Shown: positions 20,492 through 32,096, numbered from the stretch's first letter. The stretch: 64,000 nucleotides of DNA from Candidatus Omnitrophota bacterium (GCA_021108075.1 JAIORP010000168.1:2649-66648); one strand, 5' to 3'. Numbers and translations are program-made. Notes: generated by a model from the sequence alone, not told the origin.

Positions 20492-22907
20492 TCTTAATTG
20501 TTAAATGTTGTGCCAATTGTCTATACATTTTCATCCAACATCGGGCATGTTCTTCGCCCGCTTCTTCTTTCTTCCGCATGTCCGCAAGATTATTTTTGGC
20601 AACCAGGAAAAAATCATTCTGGGCCCTCCAAAAATCTATCTTTAACGATAAGGGATCTACGATGTCCAGCATAAAAACAATGTTATTCAATACCCCAGCC
20701 TCCCGGGGGTTTTGCCGCCAGTCAGCCATAAAACCATTTAAACGTTTACGGACCATAAACTCAAGCGTGATTTGATCAATTTCTAATGACCATTCTATAA
20801 CCTCTCGCACCAGTTCCTGCAAACGCTTGAAATCAATCGGATCAGCACCTAAGACACGCATGATATCCGTATTTAAAGACGCTAAAACTGTATTCGCTAA
20901 AATCTGCGGTAAGGGGATTCCCAGTTGTCGAATAACCTGGATAATCGAATAATGATGTTGGTTGATCTGTCTCAAGGAGGATTCAATATCCTCTAACGTT
21001 GTGCATAATATCTGATAAAGAATTTTCCGTTGTTCATCTTTAAATAAATGCCATAAAGAATAATGGCTATTATGAAACGTTTTCTCGATCAGGGCAATGG
21101 TCCCGGCGATATCACTTTTTTTAAAAACAGACTTGATCTCACCCGCTATTTTCTGAAAATTCATCCCCTCTTCAACCGGGATAACACCCCCGATAAAATT
21201 GTGATCACCCAGGTGCAGGGTAACAAAATAAATGGACGCCTGCGCCCCGGTAATGTTTGATTGAATCATGGCTTGCCCGCTGGCCAGACGATGTGAACCT
21301 ACGACCATTAAATCATATGATTCGCTCTGAGCGGTATAACAATAAATCGATGTGACTTTATCATATGTTTCAAATAAGGACGATATGGTGTAATGCGCAC
21401 CAACTCTGGCAAGATCAACAATCGCTGGTTTAACAAGTTGATGGTAAATATTTCTCGCATTCTCGAACTCGGCGATATTACTGGGGATCTTCTCCAACAA
21501 ATGACAAAATGTTTGGTCAAAAGGGATTGAAGAGATGGTTTCAGCCAACTGAATAACACGCGCGGCATACTGAAGAATCTGGACGGTCTCGATCCCGGAA
21601 ACTTCATCGAAAAACCATCCGCAACTTGTAAACATTAGCATGGAAAATCGCTGCATTTCTAAAAGCTGCCGGACCTTCAACCGGTCCCCTTCGGACAAAG
21701 ACATAGAAATATTCTGCGTTAAGAAATGATCAATCTTGCCGGAAGACCTGTCAAGGATCACTTCAACGTATTTATTGCGTAAAGTCCAAACATCATCGCA
21801 ATATTTCCGCATATGATCGACATAAACATTCGCCGCATTATCCCTTAACCAATCCAATGCTCCACGTAACGGGGCCCGCCATTCCTGGTTCCAATCTGGA
21901 TGCTTGCCGGAATGACAGCCGCAATTATTCCGCCAGCGCTCAATCCCGTGCTCACAACTCCAGGAAGAATGTTCAAATATCTCAACCTCAAATTCAGGGG
22001 CATGGGAATCAAGATATTCCCCATAATTCGTTATCCGTGCGAGTTTAAGGGATTTGATATGGTTAATACAGTACGCCAGCGCCATATCACCACTTGGATG
22101 ATGATGGCCATAGGTTTCTCCATCTGTCGCGATATGGACAAATTGGTCATCCTTGTCATGGCTGTATCCGCCCAGCAGACGGTTGGCAAAGTGTTCGCCG
22201 TGATAAAGCAATCCTTCAAACGCGACGCTCTGTGAAATAGGACCATCATAAAAAAATAAAACAATCTGCCGGCCAGAAAATAAACGACACAGGTACGGGC
22301 GACGGGGATTTACGCGGGAACCACTCACATCCCGCCATTTCTTATCGCCGATCTTACGGATCCTTTTAGCCTGTCGAGGGGCTAATATCGTGTAGCGTAT
22401 GCCCTGCGCGGCCATAATATCTAAAGACTCTAAATCAACAGCTGTTTCCGGCAACCACATTCCCTCTGGCGGCCGATTAAAATGATATTTGAAATCTTCA
22501 ATCCCCCACACAATTTGTGTTTCTTTATCCTCCCTCGTCGCCAAAGGAAGTATCATGTGATTATAGGCCTGTGCGATAGCTGAACCATGCCCGGAAAAAA
22601 ATTTTATCGATTCTTGATCCGCCTTGAGGATCGCATGATAAACATCCGGATCCATGCGCGACATCCAATACAGTAATGTCGGACCAAAGTTAAAGCTGAT
22701 ATGGGAATAATTGCTGACAATATCCTGGATACGTCCCTCATCTCCTAAAATACGGGCAGCCGAATTTGGGGCATAACATTCCGATGTGATCCGTTCATTC
22801 CAGTCGTGATACGGATAAGCGGAATCTTGCCGTTCAATTTCCTCCAACCAGGGATTCTCTCTGGGCGGTTGATAAAAATGGGCGTGAATACAAATATATT
22901 TATTCAT
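20484..22907 (-). CDS. GH57 glycoside hydrolase with DUF3536 domain
   Basis: HAHFYQPPRENPW, GMWLPETAVD, TDGETYGHH, MFTSCGWFFDE. Confidence 0.92.
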   Translation of the reverse strand: MNKYICIHAHFYQPPRENPWLEEIERQDSAYPYHDWNERITSECYAPNSAARILGDEGRIQDIVSNYSHISFNFGPTLLYWMSRMDPDVYHAILKADQESIKFFSGHGSAIAQAYNHMILPLATREDKETQIVWGIEDFKYHFNRPPEGMWLPETAVDLESLDIMAAQGIRYTILAPRQAKRIRKIGDKKWRDVSGSRVNPRRPYLCRLFSGRQIVLFFYDGPISQSVAFEGLLYHGEHFANRLLGGYSHDKDDQFVHIATDGETYGHHHPSGDMALAYCINHIKSLKLARITNYGEYLDSHAPEFEVEIFEHSSWSCEHGIERWRNNCGCHSGKHPDWNQEWRAPLRGALDWLRDNAANVYVDHMRKYCDDVWTLRNKYVEVILDRSSGKIDHFLTQNISMSLSEGDRLKVRQLLEMQRFSMLMFTSCGWFFDEVSGIETVQILQYAARVIQLAETISSIPFDQTFCHLLEKIPSNIAEFENARNIYHQLVKPAIVDLARVGAHYTISSLFETYDKVTSIYCYTAQSESYDLMVVGSHRLASGQAMIQSNITGAQASIYFVTLHLGDHNFIGGVIPVEEGMNFQKIAGEIKSVFKKSDIAGTIALIEKTFHNSHYSLWHLFKDEQRKILYQILCTTLEDIESSLRQINQHHYSIIQVIRQLGIPLPQILANTVLASLNTDIMRVLGADPIDFKRLQELVREVIEWSLEIDQITLEFMVRKRLNGFMADWRQNPREAGVLNNIVFMLDIVDPLSLKIDFWRAQNDFFLVAKNNLADMRKKEEAGEEHARCWMKMYRQLAQHLTIKIE

Positions 22908-24731
22908 CTATTTTTCACCTTCATAAACACAAACATGGTGTGGCTGTAGTTTGATATTATCCCCGGAGCGAATGCGGTCCACGGCCAAACAACCTGGGCC
23001 ACCCCAATCAGGGGCAGCTGAATCCAAACACTTTTTATGAGGCAACGGCAGGTGCGGGATACCTAAATTAACGGATTGAACACTGATATTCACAATAATA
23101 AAAATGGAACTCGCCTTATGCTTTCTATGCATCATTAAGACACGATCATCATTTGTTAAGAACACCTGATAATCCTCCCGGTCAAAATGCCTTAACGCCG
23201 GCTGCGATTTTCTGAGTGCGATTAATGACTGATAAAAAGACAACATCTGCGCATGTCGCCCCTCGGCGATAATATCCCACTGGATTTTCGATTGCAAGAA
23301 CACATCTTCGCTGTTAGGGTCCGGGGGCTCCACCTTCCAATGGAATGATTGAAATTCCTTCTTGCGGCCTTCGCGAACAGCCTGGACCAATTGCGGGTCA
23401 AGATGACTGATAAAATACATAAAGGGATTCTTCTGGGCAAATTCTTCTCCCATAAACAACATCGGAACATAAGGCGATAACAACATAATCGCCGCACAAC
23501 ATTTAAGGGACTCGAATGGTACCAGATGAGACAACCGTTCGCCCAACATGCGATTACCGACTTGATCATGATTTTGAATAAAAGCGATAAACTGTCGCGG
23601 AAGGATATGGCCGGAGGAGGATCCGTATTTCTTCCGTCGATGAAGTGAATAATCCCAAGAAAAAACGAATCCTTCTTTTAAGGCCTTAAGCAGTTGCGAC
23701 GGAGCACCGAAATCCTGATAATACCCGGTCCTTTCTTCTGTCATGATTGTTCGTATAGAATGATGAAAATCATCTAACCATTGCGCGTCTAATGCCAGGC
23801 CTCCTTTCTGTTTATCATCAATAATATGCGTATCATTTAAGTCGCTTTCGGCAATCAAATAAAACGATCTTTTCTGTCCGTCAATTTTCGCGCGCACACA
23901 ATCAGATAGTTCCGACAAAAAATGTCTTGCCCCGAAATCACAAATACCGTGAACCGCGTCCAGACGTAAACCGTCCAAATGAAAATATTCATACCAATAC
24001 AGCGCATTATCAATGAAAAATTGTCTCACTCCGCCGCAATCCGGGCCATCAAAGTTAATGGCGCTTCCCCAGGGTGTTTGATAGCGATCCGTAAAATACG
24101 GCCCGAAATGTCCCAGATAATTTCCCTCAGGTCCTAAGTGGTTGTAAACGACATCTAAAATCACCGACAGACCTTTGAAATGGCACGCGTTGACAAATTC
24201 TTTCATTCCAGCAGGGCCACCATAAGTGTTTTGGACGGCAAAAGGATGAACGCCATCATATCCCCAATTGCGGCCACCCGGAAATTGGGAAACCGGCATG
24301 ATTTCAACCGCGTTAATACCCAGGTCAACCAAATAATCAAGACGCTCAACAGCAGAAAAAAATGTGCCTTCTCTGGTAAATGTTCCGACATGCAATTCAT
24401 ACAGGATCATCTCGGATAATGCCACACTCTTCCAATCCCTGTCCTGCCATTGGAAGGCATGATGCTCAACAAGGGCGGAGGGCTGGTGCACACCCCGCGG
24501 CTGGAAAAAAGAAGCGGGATCCGGACATTCATGCTCTTGATTGATCACATATAAATAAAGGGTACCCGGCGATACATCCTCGACGCGAACAGACCAATAA
24601 CCCTGGTCATCCTGCTTCATGGGAATGGTCCGGCTCCGGGGATGGCATAATTTCAATTCAAGCTTTGAACAATTTGGAGCCCACACGGAAAAAAGAGACT
24701 GACCTGAGGCATAAAAAGCGCCGTTTTTCAT
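22908..24731 (-). CDS. treZ: Malto-oligosyltrehalose trehalohydrolase
   Basis: PDPASFFQPRGVH, NWGYDGV, GLRLDAVH, QNHDQVGNR. Start placed at MKNGAF (ORF-track alternative 24755). Confidence 0.95.
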   Translation of the reverse strand: MKNGAFYASGQSLFSVWAPNCSKLELKLCHPRSRTIPMKQDDQGYWSVRVEDVSPGTLYLYVINQEHECPDPASFFQPRGVHQPSALVEHHAFQWQDRDWKSVALSEMILYELHVGTFTREGTFFSAVERLDYLVDLGINAVEIMPVSQFPGGRNWGYDGVHPFAVQNTYGGPAGMKEFVNACHFKGLSVILDVVYNHLGPEGNYLGHFGPYFTDRYQTPWGSAINFDGPDCGGVRQFFIDNALYWYEYFHLDGLRLDAVHGICDFGARHFLSELSDCVRAKIDGQKRSFYLIAESDLNDTHIIDDKQKGGLALDAQWLDDFHHSIRTIMTEERTGYYQDFGAPSQLLKALKEGFVFSWDYSLHRRKKYGSSSGHILPRQFIAFIQNHDQVGNRMLGERLSHLVPFESLKCCAAIMLLSPYVPMLFMGEEFAQKNPFMYFISHLDPQLVQAVREGRKKEFQSFHWKVEPPDPNSEDVFLQSKIQWDIIAEGRHAQMLSFYQSLIALRKSQPALRHFDREDYQVFLTNDDRVLMMHRKHKASSIFIIVNISVQSVNLGIPHLPLPHKKCLDSAAPDWGGPGCLAVDRIRSGDNIKLQPHHVCVYEGEK

Positions 24732-24770
24732 CTTAAAATATTCCCTCCAATTCAAATCCTTACATGTCAG

Positions 24771-24917
24771 CTAGGAGGCTGTCCGAAAATAGAATTTTTG
24801 TTCAGAACAAGGCGCGAGACGAGAGAAAACCACAGGCGTACATGTGTACGTTGAGGATTTTTTTGAGTTTCGCAACGCAGGACTGGACAAAAACATCATT
24901 ATCGGACAACCTCCTGG
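24771..24917. mobile_element. Non-autonomous TIR element (MITE B), ~147 bp
   Basis: AGGAGGCTGTCCGA (24773-24786) and TCGGACAACCTCCT (24902-24915) form a 13/14 inverted repeat; central hairpin CGTACA-TG-TGTACG. Confidence 0.7.
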
Positions 24918-24949
24918 TCATAAGGATAAATGTTCATCATAAATTAACA

Positions 24950-27900
24950 CTATGTGCTTCTTTTACGTTTGGTTTGAAAATTATCCATCACGTGTTTTAT
25001 TCCCCTTAAAGGCAGGACGATCCAATCAGGTCGATTGTTAAGTTCATAACCTAATTCATAAATAGCTTTATCCAACAAATATATTTTCAACAGAACATCC
25101 AGATCTTTTTTAACTCTTGGTAAGAACTCGGACTTTCCGATCATATCGAAATACGCCGATAAAAACGTATCAATAACGCGTGCGTACCACGCGTGTGCGG
25201 CGGATTCCAGGATAAAAATATCTTCTTCCCGCACCGTGCTGTTTAATAATAACGTCGCATGCACCACATAATGAAAAGACCGCAACATCCCTGCAAGGTC
25301 TCTTAACACGGACCTCTTAATTCTCCGTTCACTCAAAGCACGCGCAGGTTCACCTTCAAAGTCGATGATAACAAAGTCTTTTCCCGTAAACAAAACCTGC
25401 CCCAGATGATAATCTCCATGGATGCGTATTTTTTTTGCGGAATACTTTGATTGCAGAATCAGTTTCAGTCGGGCGTATATCTGTTTTTCCATCGCCAGAA
25501 CGGGTGTTGCCTCACCTTGAATATCTACGGGTAATGCCCCGATAATTTTCTTCAGTAAACGTAATACAAACCGGGCCTGACTGCCCATCGATTGATAAAC
25601 AGAGCGTTGATACAGCAAGGAGAAGGATTCGGGTTTAAAATCCGGATGGTCTGAACCTGCCGCTAAGGACAAGTGCATCTCGGCCGTACGGTGACCGAGG
25701 AGCTGAACCATTTCCAGGTAAAAATCATCAACCAGGTCCTGCATTTGCTCCACAGTCAGCAAATGGTTTTGGACGTCAGATCCTGATGATGTAAGCTCTT
25801 TCTTACGAAGGCCTTTGACCTCCGATAATATCAGATCGAAATATGATTTCACGTGGTCTAATGAGAAATTCCACGCATCAGATTGATGACGAACATAGCC
25901 CTGCAACAAACCAATGGTGACGGGTTCCTTCCTGGGCTGGCGGTACTCTATGACACCGGCATACGGCGGGATCTGTTTATACTTTTGATCATCCGTTAAA
26001 AACTGAATAATTTCCGCATCCGGATTCTTACCTTCATCAAGTTTCCTGAAAATTTTCAAGAAAAACACATTGTCATATAAAATGGATGTGTTGCTCTGTT
26101 CCGTCTTTAATATGTGGGAGTTCATTTGCCCCGTCACATGTTTCATGATACTGGAAAACTTCTTACCCTTGAGGCCGTAAATTTCGCTTGTAGAATTCTT
26201 AATTTTCTTACGGTTTGTAATCATTTTGAGCAGCAATCGATGGAAACTTGAATCATAGACCCCATCAAAAAGAATCCCGTCTTTACCCCCGACGGACAAT
26301 CGGCACAATATGCTTTCAGGGTATTGTTGCGCGATCATTTTATCTTCTTTTGAATAGATAAACGAAAGGGGCAATAAATAATTTTCTTCTCCCCGGCTTG
26401 CATAATGGATATGCACCACCAACAATTTGACCGTGGTTTCGTCCTTGGGCAAATAAATGATATCATCCACCCGCACAGAAATCATCTGCCGGGCTTTTCC
26501 TCCAAACCAACGGACTTTCTTAAAATAATTTGGCAGCACCGTTGTTTCTAATTTTTTAATATTCTTTTGTATAAAAAGCTCTTCCCAGGAATCGTTTAAT
26601 TTGATCCGCGCTAACTTCCGGCCCAAATCACGAATAATTTTATCCATCGGCTTTAATAGCAACCAAAAATGGCCGTGTGCCCCCAGTGTAATCAAATACG
26701 GTTGATCTTTAAGGATCGGGAATTCATTCTGGCTAAAGACCTCCTGTGGGATATAACCGTTGTACTCTTTAAGGTCAAGTTCAACATACTGGGAAAAACG
26801 TGATAAATTGATGATCACCAAAATGATCTCATCTTTATGTTGCCGTATAAAACTCAAGACTTTCGAATTATCTGAAGCGATAAACTTCGTGGAGCCCTGG
26901 CTAAACGCCTTGTAATTTTTCCGAAAAGCGATAACGCGTTTCATCCACCACAACATGGAAGATAAATTGCTTTCCTGATTCTCAACATTGATAGATTCAT
27001 AATGGAACTCAGAATCGATAATAACAGGCAAATACAGTTCCTGGGGATTGGCGCGTGAGAAGCCGGCATTCCGGTCCGGACTCCATTGCATGGGGGTGCG
27101 CACACCATCGCGGTCACCTAAAAAACGGTTATCCCCCATGCCGATCTCATCACCGTAATAGATAACAGGGGTTCCTGGCAACGAAAACAAAAGCACATTC
27201 ATCAACTCAATCTTTCGATAATTATTACTCAACAAGGGCACTAATCGTCGACGGATTCCAAGATTGATCTTCGAACGGGTGTCTTTGGCATAAGTCCGGT
27301 ACATATAATCACGCTCTTCATCAGTTACCATCTCTAAGGTCAGTTCGTCATGATTGCGTAAAAAGATAGCCCACTGACAATTCTTGGGTATTTTTGGCGT
27401 TTGTTCCAGGATGTCAATGATCGGGAACCGGTCCTCCATTTGAACGCTCATATACATCCGCGGCATGAGCGGAAAATGAAAGGCCATATGGCATTCGTCT
27501 CCCCGGCCAAAATAAGCGACCGCATCTTCCGGCCATTGATTAGCTTCGGCTAACAGCATACGATTTCTATATTTTTGATCAACATGCTTGCGCAGCTTTT
27601 TCAAAAAAGCATACGTCTCTGGAAGGTTCTCACAATTTGTTCCTTCCCGCTCAAACAAATACGGTACAGCGTCGAGCCGTAGGCCGTCAACCCCCAGACC
27701 GTACCAATAATCAACTAACCTGAGAATCTCTTTTTGCACATTTTGGTTATCAAAATTGAGATCGGGTTGATGGGAATAAAACCGGTGCCAATAATATGCA
27801 GCGGCTTCTTCATCCCACGTCCAGTTTGAAACCTCAAAATCTTTAAAAATGACGCGTGCATCTTTGTATTTATCCGGACGCTCACTCCACACATAATAAT

Positions 27901-28300
27901 TCCGGTAATTTGAACCTGGTTTGGATTTCTTCGCCCTCTTAAACCACGGATGCTGGTCGGACGTGTGATTAATCACTAACTCTGTAATAACCCGCAGGCC
28001 CCGCAAATGCGCTTCCCTCAAAAAATCTTTAAAGTCCTTAAGCGTTCCGTATTGCGGATGAATGTTGACATAATCAGAAATATCATATCCATCATCCCTT
28101 AGCGGCGATGGATAAAAAGGCAGCAACCAGATTGCGGTAATGCCTAAATTTTTTAAGTAATCTAATTTCTCAATTAATCCCTTAAAATCACCAATCCCAT
28201 CACCATTGCTGTCAAAAAATGACTTCACATGCAATTGATAAATAACAGCATCTTTAAACCAGAGAGGATTATTTTCCAGGACAGATCGCGCAATTGGCAT
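24950..28300 (-). CDS. treS: Trehalose synthase fused to maltokinase (TreS-Mak/Pep2)
   Basis: GH13 part WFKDAVIYQLHVK...RLDAVPYL...FLRNHDELTLE; C-terminal EQSNTS and RIHGDYHLGQVL..DFEGEP kinase motifs. Confidence 0.96.
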   Translation of the reverse strand: MPIARSVLENNPLWFKDAVIYQLHVKSFFDSNGDGIGDFKGLIEKLDYLKNLGITAIWLLPFYPSPLRDDGYDISDYVNIHPQYGTLKDFKDFLREAHLRGLRVITELVINHTSDQHPWFKRAKKSKPGSNYRNYYVWSERPDKYKDARVIFKDFEVSNWTWDEEAAAYYWHRFYSHQPDLNFDNQNVQKEILRLVDYWYGLGVDGLRLDAVPYLFEREGTNCENLPETYAFLKKLRKHVDQKYRNRMLLAEANQWPEDAVAYFGRGDECHMAFHFPLMPRMYMSVQMEDRFPIIDILEQTPKIPKNCQWAIFLRNHDELTLEMVTDEERDYMYRTYAKDTRSKINLGIRRRLVPLLSNNYRKIELMNVLLFSLPGTPVIYYGDEIGMGDNRFLGDRDGVRTPMQWSPDRNAGFSRANPQELYLPVIIDSEFHYESINVENQESNLSSMLWWMKRVIAFRKNYKAFSQGSTKFIASDNSKVLSFIRQHKDEIILVIINLSRFSQYVELDLKEYNGYIPQEVFSQNEFPILKDQPYLITLGAHGHFWLLLKPMDKIIRDLGRKLARIKLNDSWEELFIQKNIKKLETTVLPNYFKKVRWFGGKARQMISVRVDDIIYLPKDETTVKLLVVHIHYASRGEENYLLPLSFIYSKEDKMIAQQYPESILCRLSVGGKDGILFDGVYDSSFHRLLLKMITNRKKIKNSTSEIYGLKGKKFSSIMKHVTGQMNSHILKTEQSNTSILYDNVFFLKIFRKLDEGKNPDAEIIQFLTDDQKYKQIPPYAGVIEYRQPRKEPVTIGLLQGYVRHQSDAWNFSLDHVKSYFDLILSEVKGLRKKELTSSGSDVQNHLLTVEQMQDLVDDFYLEMVQLLGHRTAEMHLSLAAGSDHPDFKPESFSLLYQRSVYQSMGSQARFVLRLLKKIIGALPVDIQGEATPVLAMEKQIYARLKLILQSKYSAKKIRIHGDYHLGQVLFTGKDFVIIDFEGEPARALSERRIKRSVLRDLAGMLRSFHYVVHATLLLNSTVREEDIFILESAAHAWYARVIDTFLSAYFDMIGKSEFLPRVKKDLDVLLKIYLLDKAIYELGYELNNRPDWIVLPLRGIKHVMDNFQTKRKRST

Positions 28301-28342
28301 AATTTATTTATCTCCTTCACGTCTTTTTTTACATTCTACTCT

Positions 28343-30313
28343 TCAGGTGCTTTGATGATCAAGCCGGATCACATGGGCCATTGATCTTTGAGGATCAAGC
28401 TCAATATACGCTCCGTCACCCTGCCAAACATATTTCTCTTCATTCAACAGATCATGGGCAATATACGGACGCTCATAATCCAGACCTAATTCATCAATCG
28501 GGACCCGCAACCAGCCGGATTCCGTGCAAAATGGATTCAAATTGACTGCGACAAGAATAATATTTGAATAATCTTCTGTTGCTTTGTAAAAACATAATAA
28601 CTGATCATTGTTGATGTCAAGGAATCGAATCTTACGGGTTTGTTGCAAACTTGGATTTTCTCGACGGATCATATTAAGTGTCGTAATGACACTCTTGATA
28701 TTACCCGGCCGGTCCCAATCCCAGGCCTTAATTTCATATTTCTCCGAATCGATATACTCTTCTTTATCCGAAACGGATTTAGACAAACACAACTCAAAAA
28801 CCGGTCCGTAAATACCGAAATTGGCAGATAACATCGAAGCCAAAACAACGCGCATGATAAACGCCGGCCGGCCACCCTCCTGCAGGTGCGGGACGAGAAT
28901 GTCCGGGGTGTTGGGCCAAAAATTCGGACGAAAGAATTCACCGACTTCCGTTTGCGTTAACTCCGTTAAATATTCCATGAGTTCACTCTTCGTATGGCGC
29001 CAGGTAAAATATGTGTAGGATTGAGTGAAACCGCCCTTGGCCAGGCGATACATAACTTTGGGTCGTGTGAAGGCTTCAGCAAGAAAAATTGTTTGGGGAT
29101 GCGCCTTCTTGACCTCGGCGATCAGCCAATCCCAGAAGACAAAAGGTTTTGTGTGCGGATTATCGACCCGAAAAATTGACACCCCTTTTTCAATCCAGAA
29201 AAAAACAATACTTTTTAATTCCTGCCATAAATTTTGCCGATCGTCTGTTTCAAAATTCAAGGGCAAGATATCCTCATACTTTTTGGGAGGATTCTCGGCA
29301 TATTGGACAACTCCGTCAGGACGCCATTTAAACCACTTTGGGTGAGCCTTGACATAAGGATGGTCCGGTGAACATTGAAAAGCGAGATCAATCGCGACTT
29401 CAAGCCCCAATTTATTGGCGCACGCGACAAAATCCTGAAAGTCAGCAAAATCACCTAATTGAGGATGAATCGATTTGTGCCCCCCCTCTTTTGACCCTAT
29501 CGCCCAAGGGGAACCCGGGTCGCCTTTCCGACAGACAACCGCATTGTTTTTGCCCTTTCGTTTTGTTTGTCCGATAGGATGAATCGGAGGCAGATAGATT
29601 ACGTTAAAACCCATATCTTTAATCGCCGGCAAGATCTGTTGGCAATCCTTAAACGTACCGTGCTGACCCGGCTTTTTCCCCCATGATCGAGGAAAAAACT
29701 CATACCAGCTGCTAAAAGATGCGCGCGGATCTTCAACAAGGACAATCAGTTCTTTTTCATAAACGGTACTTCTTCGGGGATCAAGGTATGTCTCAAGCAT
29801 ATACAGCAGGTCTGAATCAAAGGCGGCTTCAAGGGCATCCTCCTTTTTCCGGGAATTTCTTAATAACGCAATCCATTTCTTCAGCTCTGATTTATGTTGG
29901 GGCATGACGCGTGGCAGTGCGGCTTCAAGAATCTGAACACCGATCATTAAATCAACATCCACGTCTTGCCGCGACTTAACCTTCTTTTGTAAACCTTTGC
30001 GCCATGTATCGAAATCATGAATGAAGCCCTGTACCGTGTAACAGTAATTCACGTTCTCTTCGACCCTGAACTTTGATTCCCAAAGATCATTACCCAAAGA
30101 TTTCATGCGAACTTTCTGCCATTCACGATCTTCTTGCCTTTTAAAAAGCAAAAGAACAAAAATTTCAGCATGACCGTCGGCAAAGACATCCGCGCTGACA
30201 GTAACGCATTCTCCTTTGACGCGTTTGATCGGAAATCGTCCGCCATCAATCTCAGGCCGAACATTCTCGATGACAATCCGTCGGGTAGCAGAAGACGACA
30301 TATTTTCGACCAT
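28343..30313 (-). CDS. glgE: Alpha-1,4-glucan:maltose-1-phosphate maltosyltransferase
   Basis: SWYEFFPRS, YLPPIHPIG, QYAENPPKKYEDI, FRVDNPHTKP, FWPNTPDIL. Confidence 0.96.
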   Translation of the reverse strand: MVENMSSSATRRIVIENVRPEIDGGRFPIKRVKGECVTVSADVFADGHAEIFVLLLFKRQEDREWQKVRMKSLGNDLWESKFRVEENVNYCYTVQGFIHDFDTWRKGLQKKVKSRQDVDVDLMIGVQILEAALPRVMPQHKSELKKWIALLRNSRKKEDALEAAFDSDLLYMLETYLDPRRSTVYEKELIVLVEDPRASFSSWYEFFPRSWGKKPGQHGTFKDCQQILPAIKDMGFNVIYLPPIHPIGQTKRKGKNNAVVCRKGDPGSPWAIGSKEGGHKSIHPQLGDFADFQDFVACANKLGLEVAIDLAFQCSPDHPYVKAHPKWFKWRPDGVVQYAENPPKKYEDILPLNFETDDRQNLWQELKSIVFFWIEKGVSIFRVDNPHTKPFVFWDWLIAEVKKAHPQTIFLAEAFTRPKVMYRLAKGGFTQSYTYFTWRHTKSELMEYLTELTQTEVGEFFRPNFWPNTPDILVPHLQEGGRPAFIMRVVLASMLSANFGIYGPVFELCLSKSVSDKEEYIDSEKYEIKAWDWDRPGNIKSVITTLNMIRRENPSLQQTRKIRFLDINNDQLLCFYKATEDYSNIILVAVNLNPFCTESGWLRVPIDELGLDYERPYIAHDLLNEEKYVWQGDGAYIELDPQRSMAHVIRLDHQST

Positions 30314-30409
30314 GGATCGGTTTCTCCATTCTCATTTCAAACTATTGTTATGGGCTAAAAAACGTTCATCCAAACATTTATTATGTCAGTTAAAACGGTA
30401 AATGATTAT

Positions 30410-30428
30410 ACCAATTCCGTTAAATAAT
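30410..30428 (+). repeat. Solitary MITE A-type terminal inverted repeat
   Basis: ACCAATTCCGTTAAATAAT preceded by ATTAT; same end as the elements at 37191 and 37308-37326. Confidence 0.6.
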
Positions 30429-30477
30429 AATTATACAATACAACCCGTGATTTTAAACAACAAAACATATGCATCTC

Positions 30478-31932
30478 CTACAACAAAGGAGAAAACAAAC
30501 GGGAAAAAGAATTCCGGAATTTCTCAAAAACACTCAAACGGTCGTAATATTCCAGGGTGATCTCTTCACACAACTCAAGGTCCCTTTGAAAAGACTGCAT
30601 AATTTCATCTGTTATCGACTTATCATAGATTAATGTATTTGATTCATAATTCAAATGAAAACTCCGTATATCCATATTCGCTGTGCCGACCGAACAAATG
30701 TCCTCATCAACGCAAATCGTCTTGGCGTGCAAAAAGCCGGCTTTGTATTGATAAATTTTTACTCCGGCTAACAATAACTTTTCATAAAATGTGAACGCGG
30801 ACCAGAATGGCAATCTGCGGTCGGGCAAACCCGTCATCATCAGACGCACATCCACACCAGACAAAGCGGCTGTCTGCAATGCCATATAAATGCTTTTATC
30901 CGGGACAAAATAGGGCGACTGAATGTAAACCTTCCGAGCCGCTGAAGCAATCAAGGTAAAATATAATTGTTGAATCGACTCCCACGCTGAATCCGGACCT
31001 GATGTTGTAATCTGCATCGGAACGCCTTGTTCAACCTTTTTCGGGGTGGGAAAATATTGGGACTGGAATATCGACTCTTTGCCTGTATTCAACCAACTTG
31101 TCGCAAAAACCGACTGAAGAACCGCAACCGCCTCGCCTTCTATCCGCAAATGCGCGTCGCGCCAGGTGTCAAACCGTTTACCACCATCGATATACTCCTG
31201 CGCCATGTTCATGCCACCGGCGTATCCCACCTGCCCGTCAATAACAATAATTTTACGATGATTCCGGTAATTCAAGGTGTGGATGGTCAAGGGAGAACGA
31301 AAATCATAATAGGGATAAATTTGTATTCCGGCCTTCTGCAAAGAACGAGTATACCTGCTGGTTAACGCGAGACTGCCAACGGCATCAAAAAGAATGCGAA
31401 CCTCAACACCGGCTTTGACTTTATCTTCTAGAATACGGGTGATCTTTCGGGTTAATTTATCATTCCGCCAAATGTAGTACTCCAGATGAATAAAACTCCT
31501 GGCCTTTTCTATGTCGGAGCATAATGCATCAAATTTTTCTTTGCCTGAATAAAAAACCTTCACTTGATTATGGCTCGTTAAGATCGAATCTGAATTTGAA
31601 TACAGCAGATGAATGATTTTCCTCTTGGCTTCATTGGGATACATACGTTCAAGTTCAAGCAGGTTCCTGTTCTGTTCCTGGACAATCGGCTCCAACATGG
31701 CGTTCAGGTTCTTGTCCAACTGTTGTTGCTTCAGACGGCGCTCTTTTCTTTTCGGACGCCAATTCCGGCCAATTAAAAAATAAACGATTAGCCCTGCAAT
31801 AGGAAAAAGCATAAAAACAAGCAACCAGGCCAGCGTCGTCGTTGAATCCCGGTTATCCAACAATAAAAGAATGATGGTTCCGAGTAAATACAAATAAAAT
31901 AAAATTGAGAGTATAATCTGGAAATTATTCAT
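30478..31932 (-). CDS. cls: Cardiolipin synthase
   Basis: Two N-terminal TMs and two HKD motifs (RNHRKIIVIDG, LHAKTICVDE). Confidence 0.95.
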   Translation of the reverse strand: MNNFQIILSILFYLYLLGTIILLLLDNRDSTTTLAWLLVFMLFPIAGLIVYFLIGRNWRPKRKERRLKQQQLDKNLNAMLEPIVQEQNRNLLELERMYPNEAKRKIIHLLYSNSDSILTSHNQVKVFYSGKEKFDALCSDIEKARSFIHLEYYIWRNDKLTRKITRILEDKVKAGVEVRILFDAVGSLALTSRYTRSLQKAGIQIYPYYDFRSPLTIHTLNYRNHRKIIVIDGQVGYAGGMNMAQEYIDGGKRFDTWRDAHLRIEGEAVAVLQSVFATSWLNTGKESIFQSQYFPTPKKVEQGVPMQITTSGPDSAWESIQQLYFTLIASAARKVYIQSPYFVPDKSIYMALQTAALSGVDVRLMMTGLPDRRLPFWSAFTFYEKLLLAGVKIYQYKAGFLHAKTICVDEDICSVGTANMDIRSFHLNYESNTLIYDKSITDEIMQSFQRDLELCEEITLEYYDRLSVFEKFRNSFSRLFSPLL

Positions 31933-32096
31933 AGATTAGTTTGAACAGGATTTAACTCGCCCCGCAACAACGAAAAAAAATCAAAGGCTATCGGTCCTCG
32001 GGCAAAAAAAATTTATGGCTCGGTTTAAATGTTGTTTAACTTTTCCCGGGTGGACATTCTGAATCATCATATTCCTTTTTTAAAATATGTCTCAGA

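Noticed and set aside
24764-25009. 81-aa plus-strand ORF between treZ and treS
   Set aside because: It spans MITE B and runs antisense into treS.
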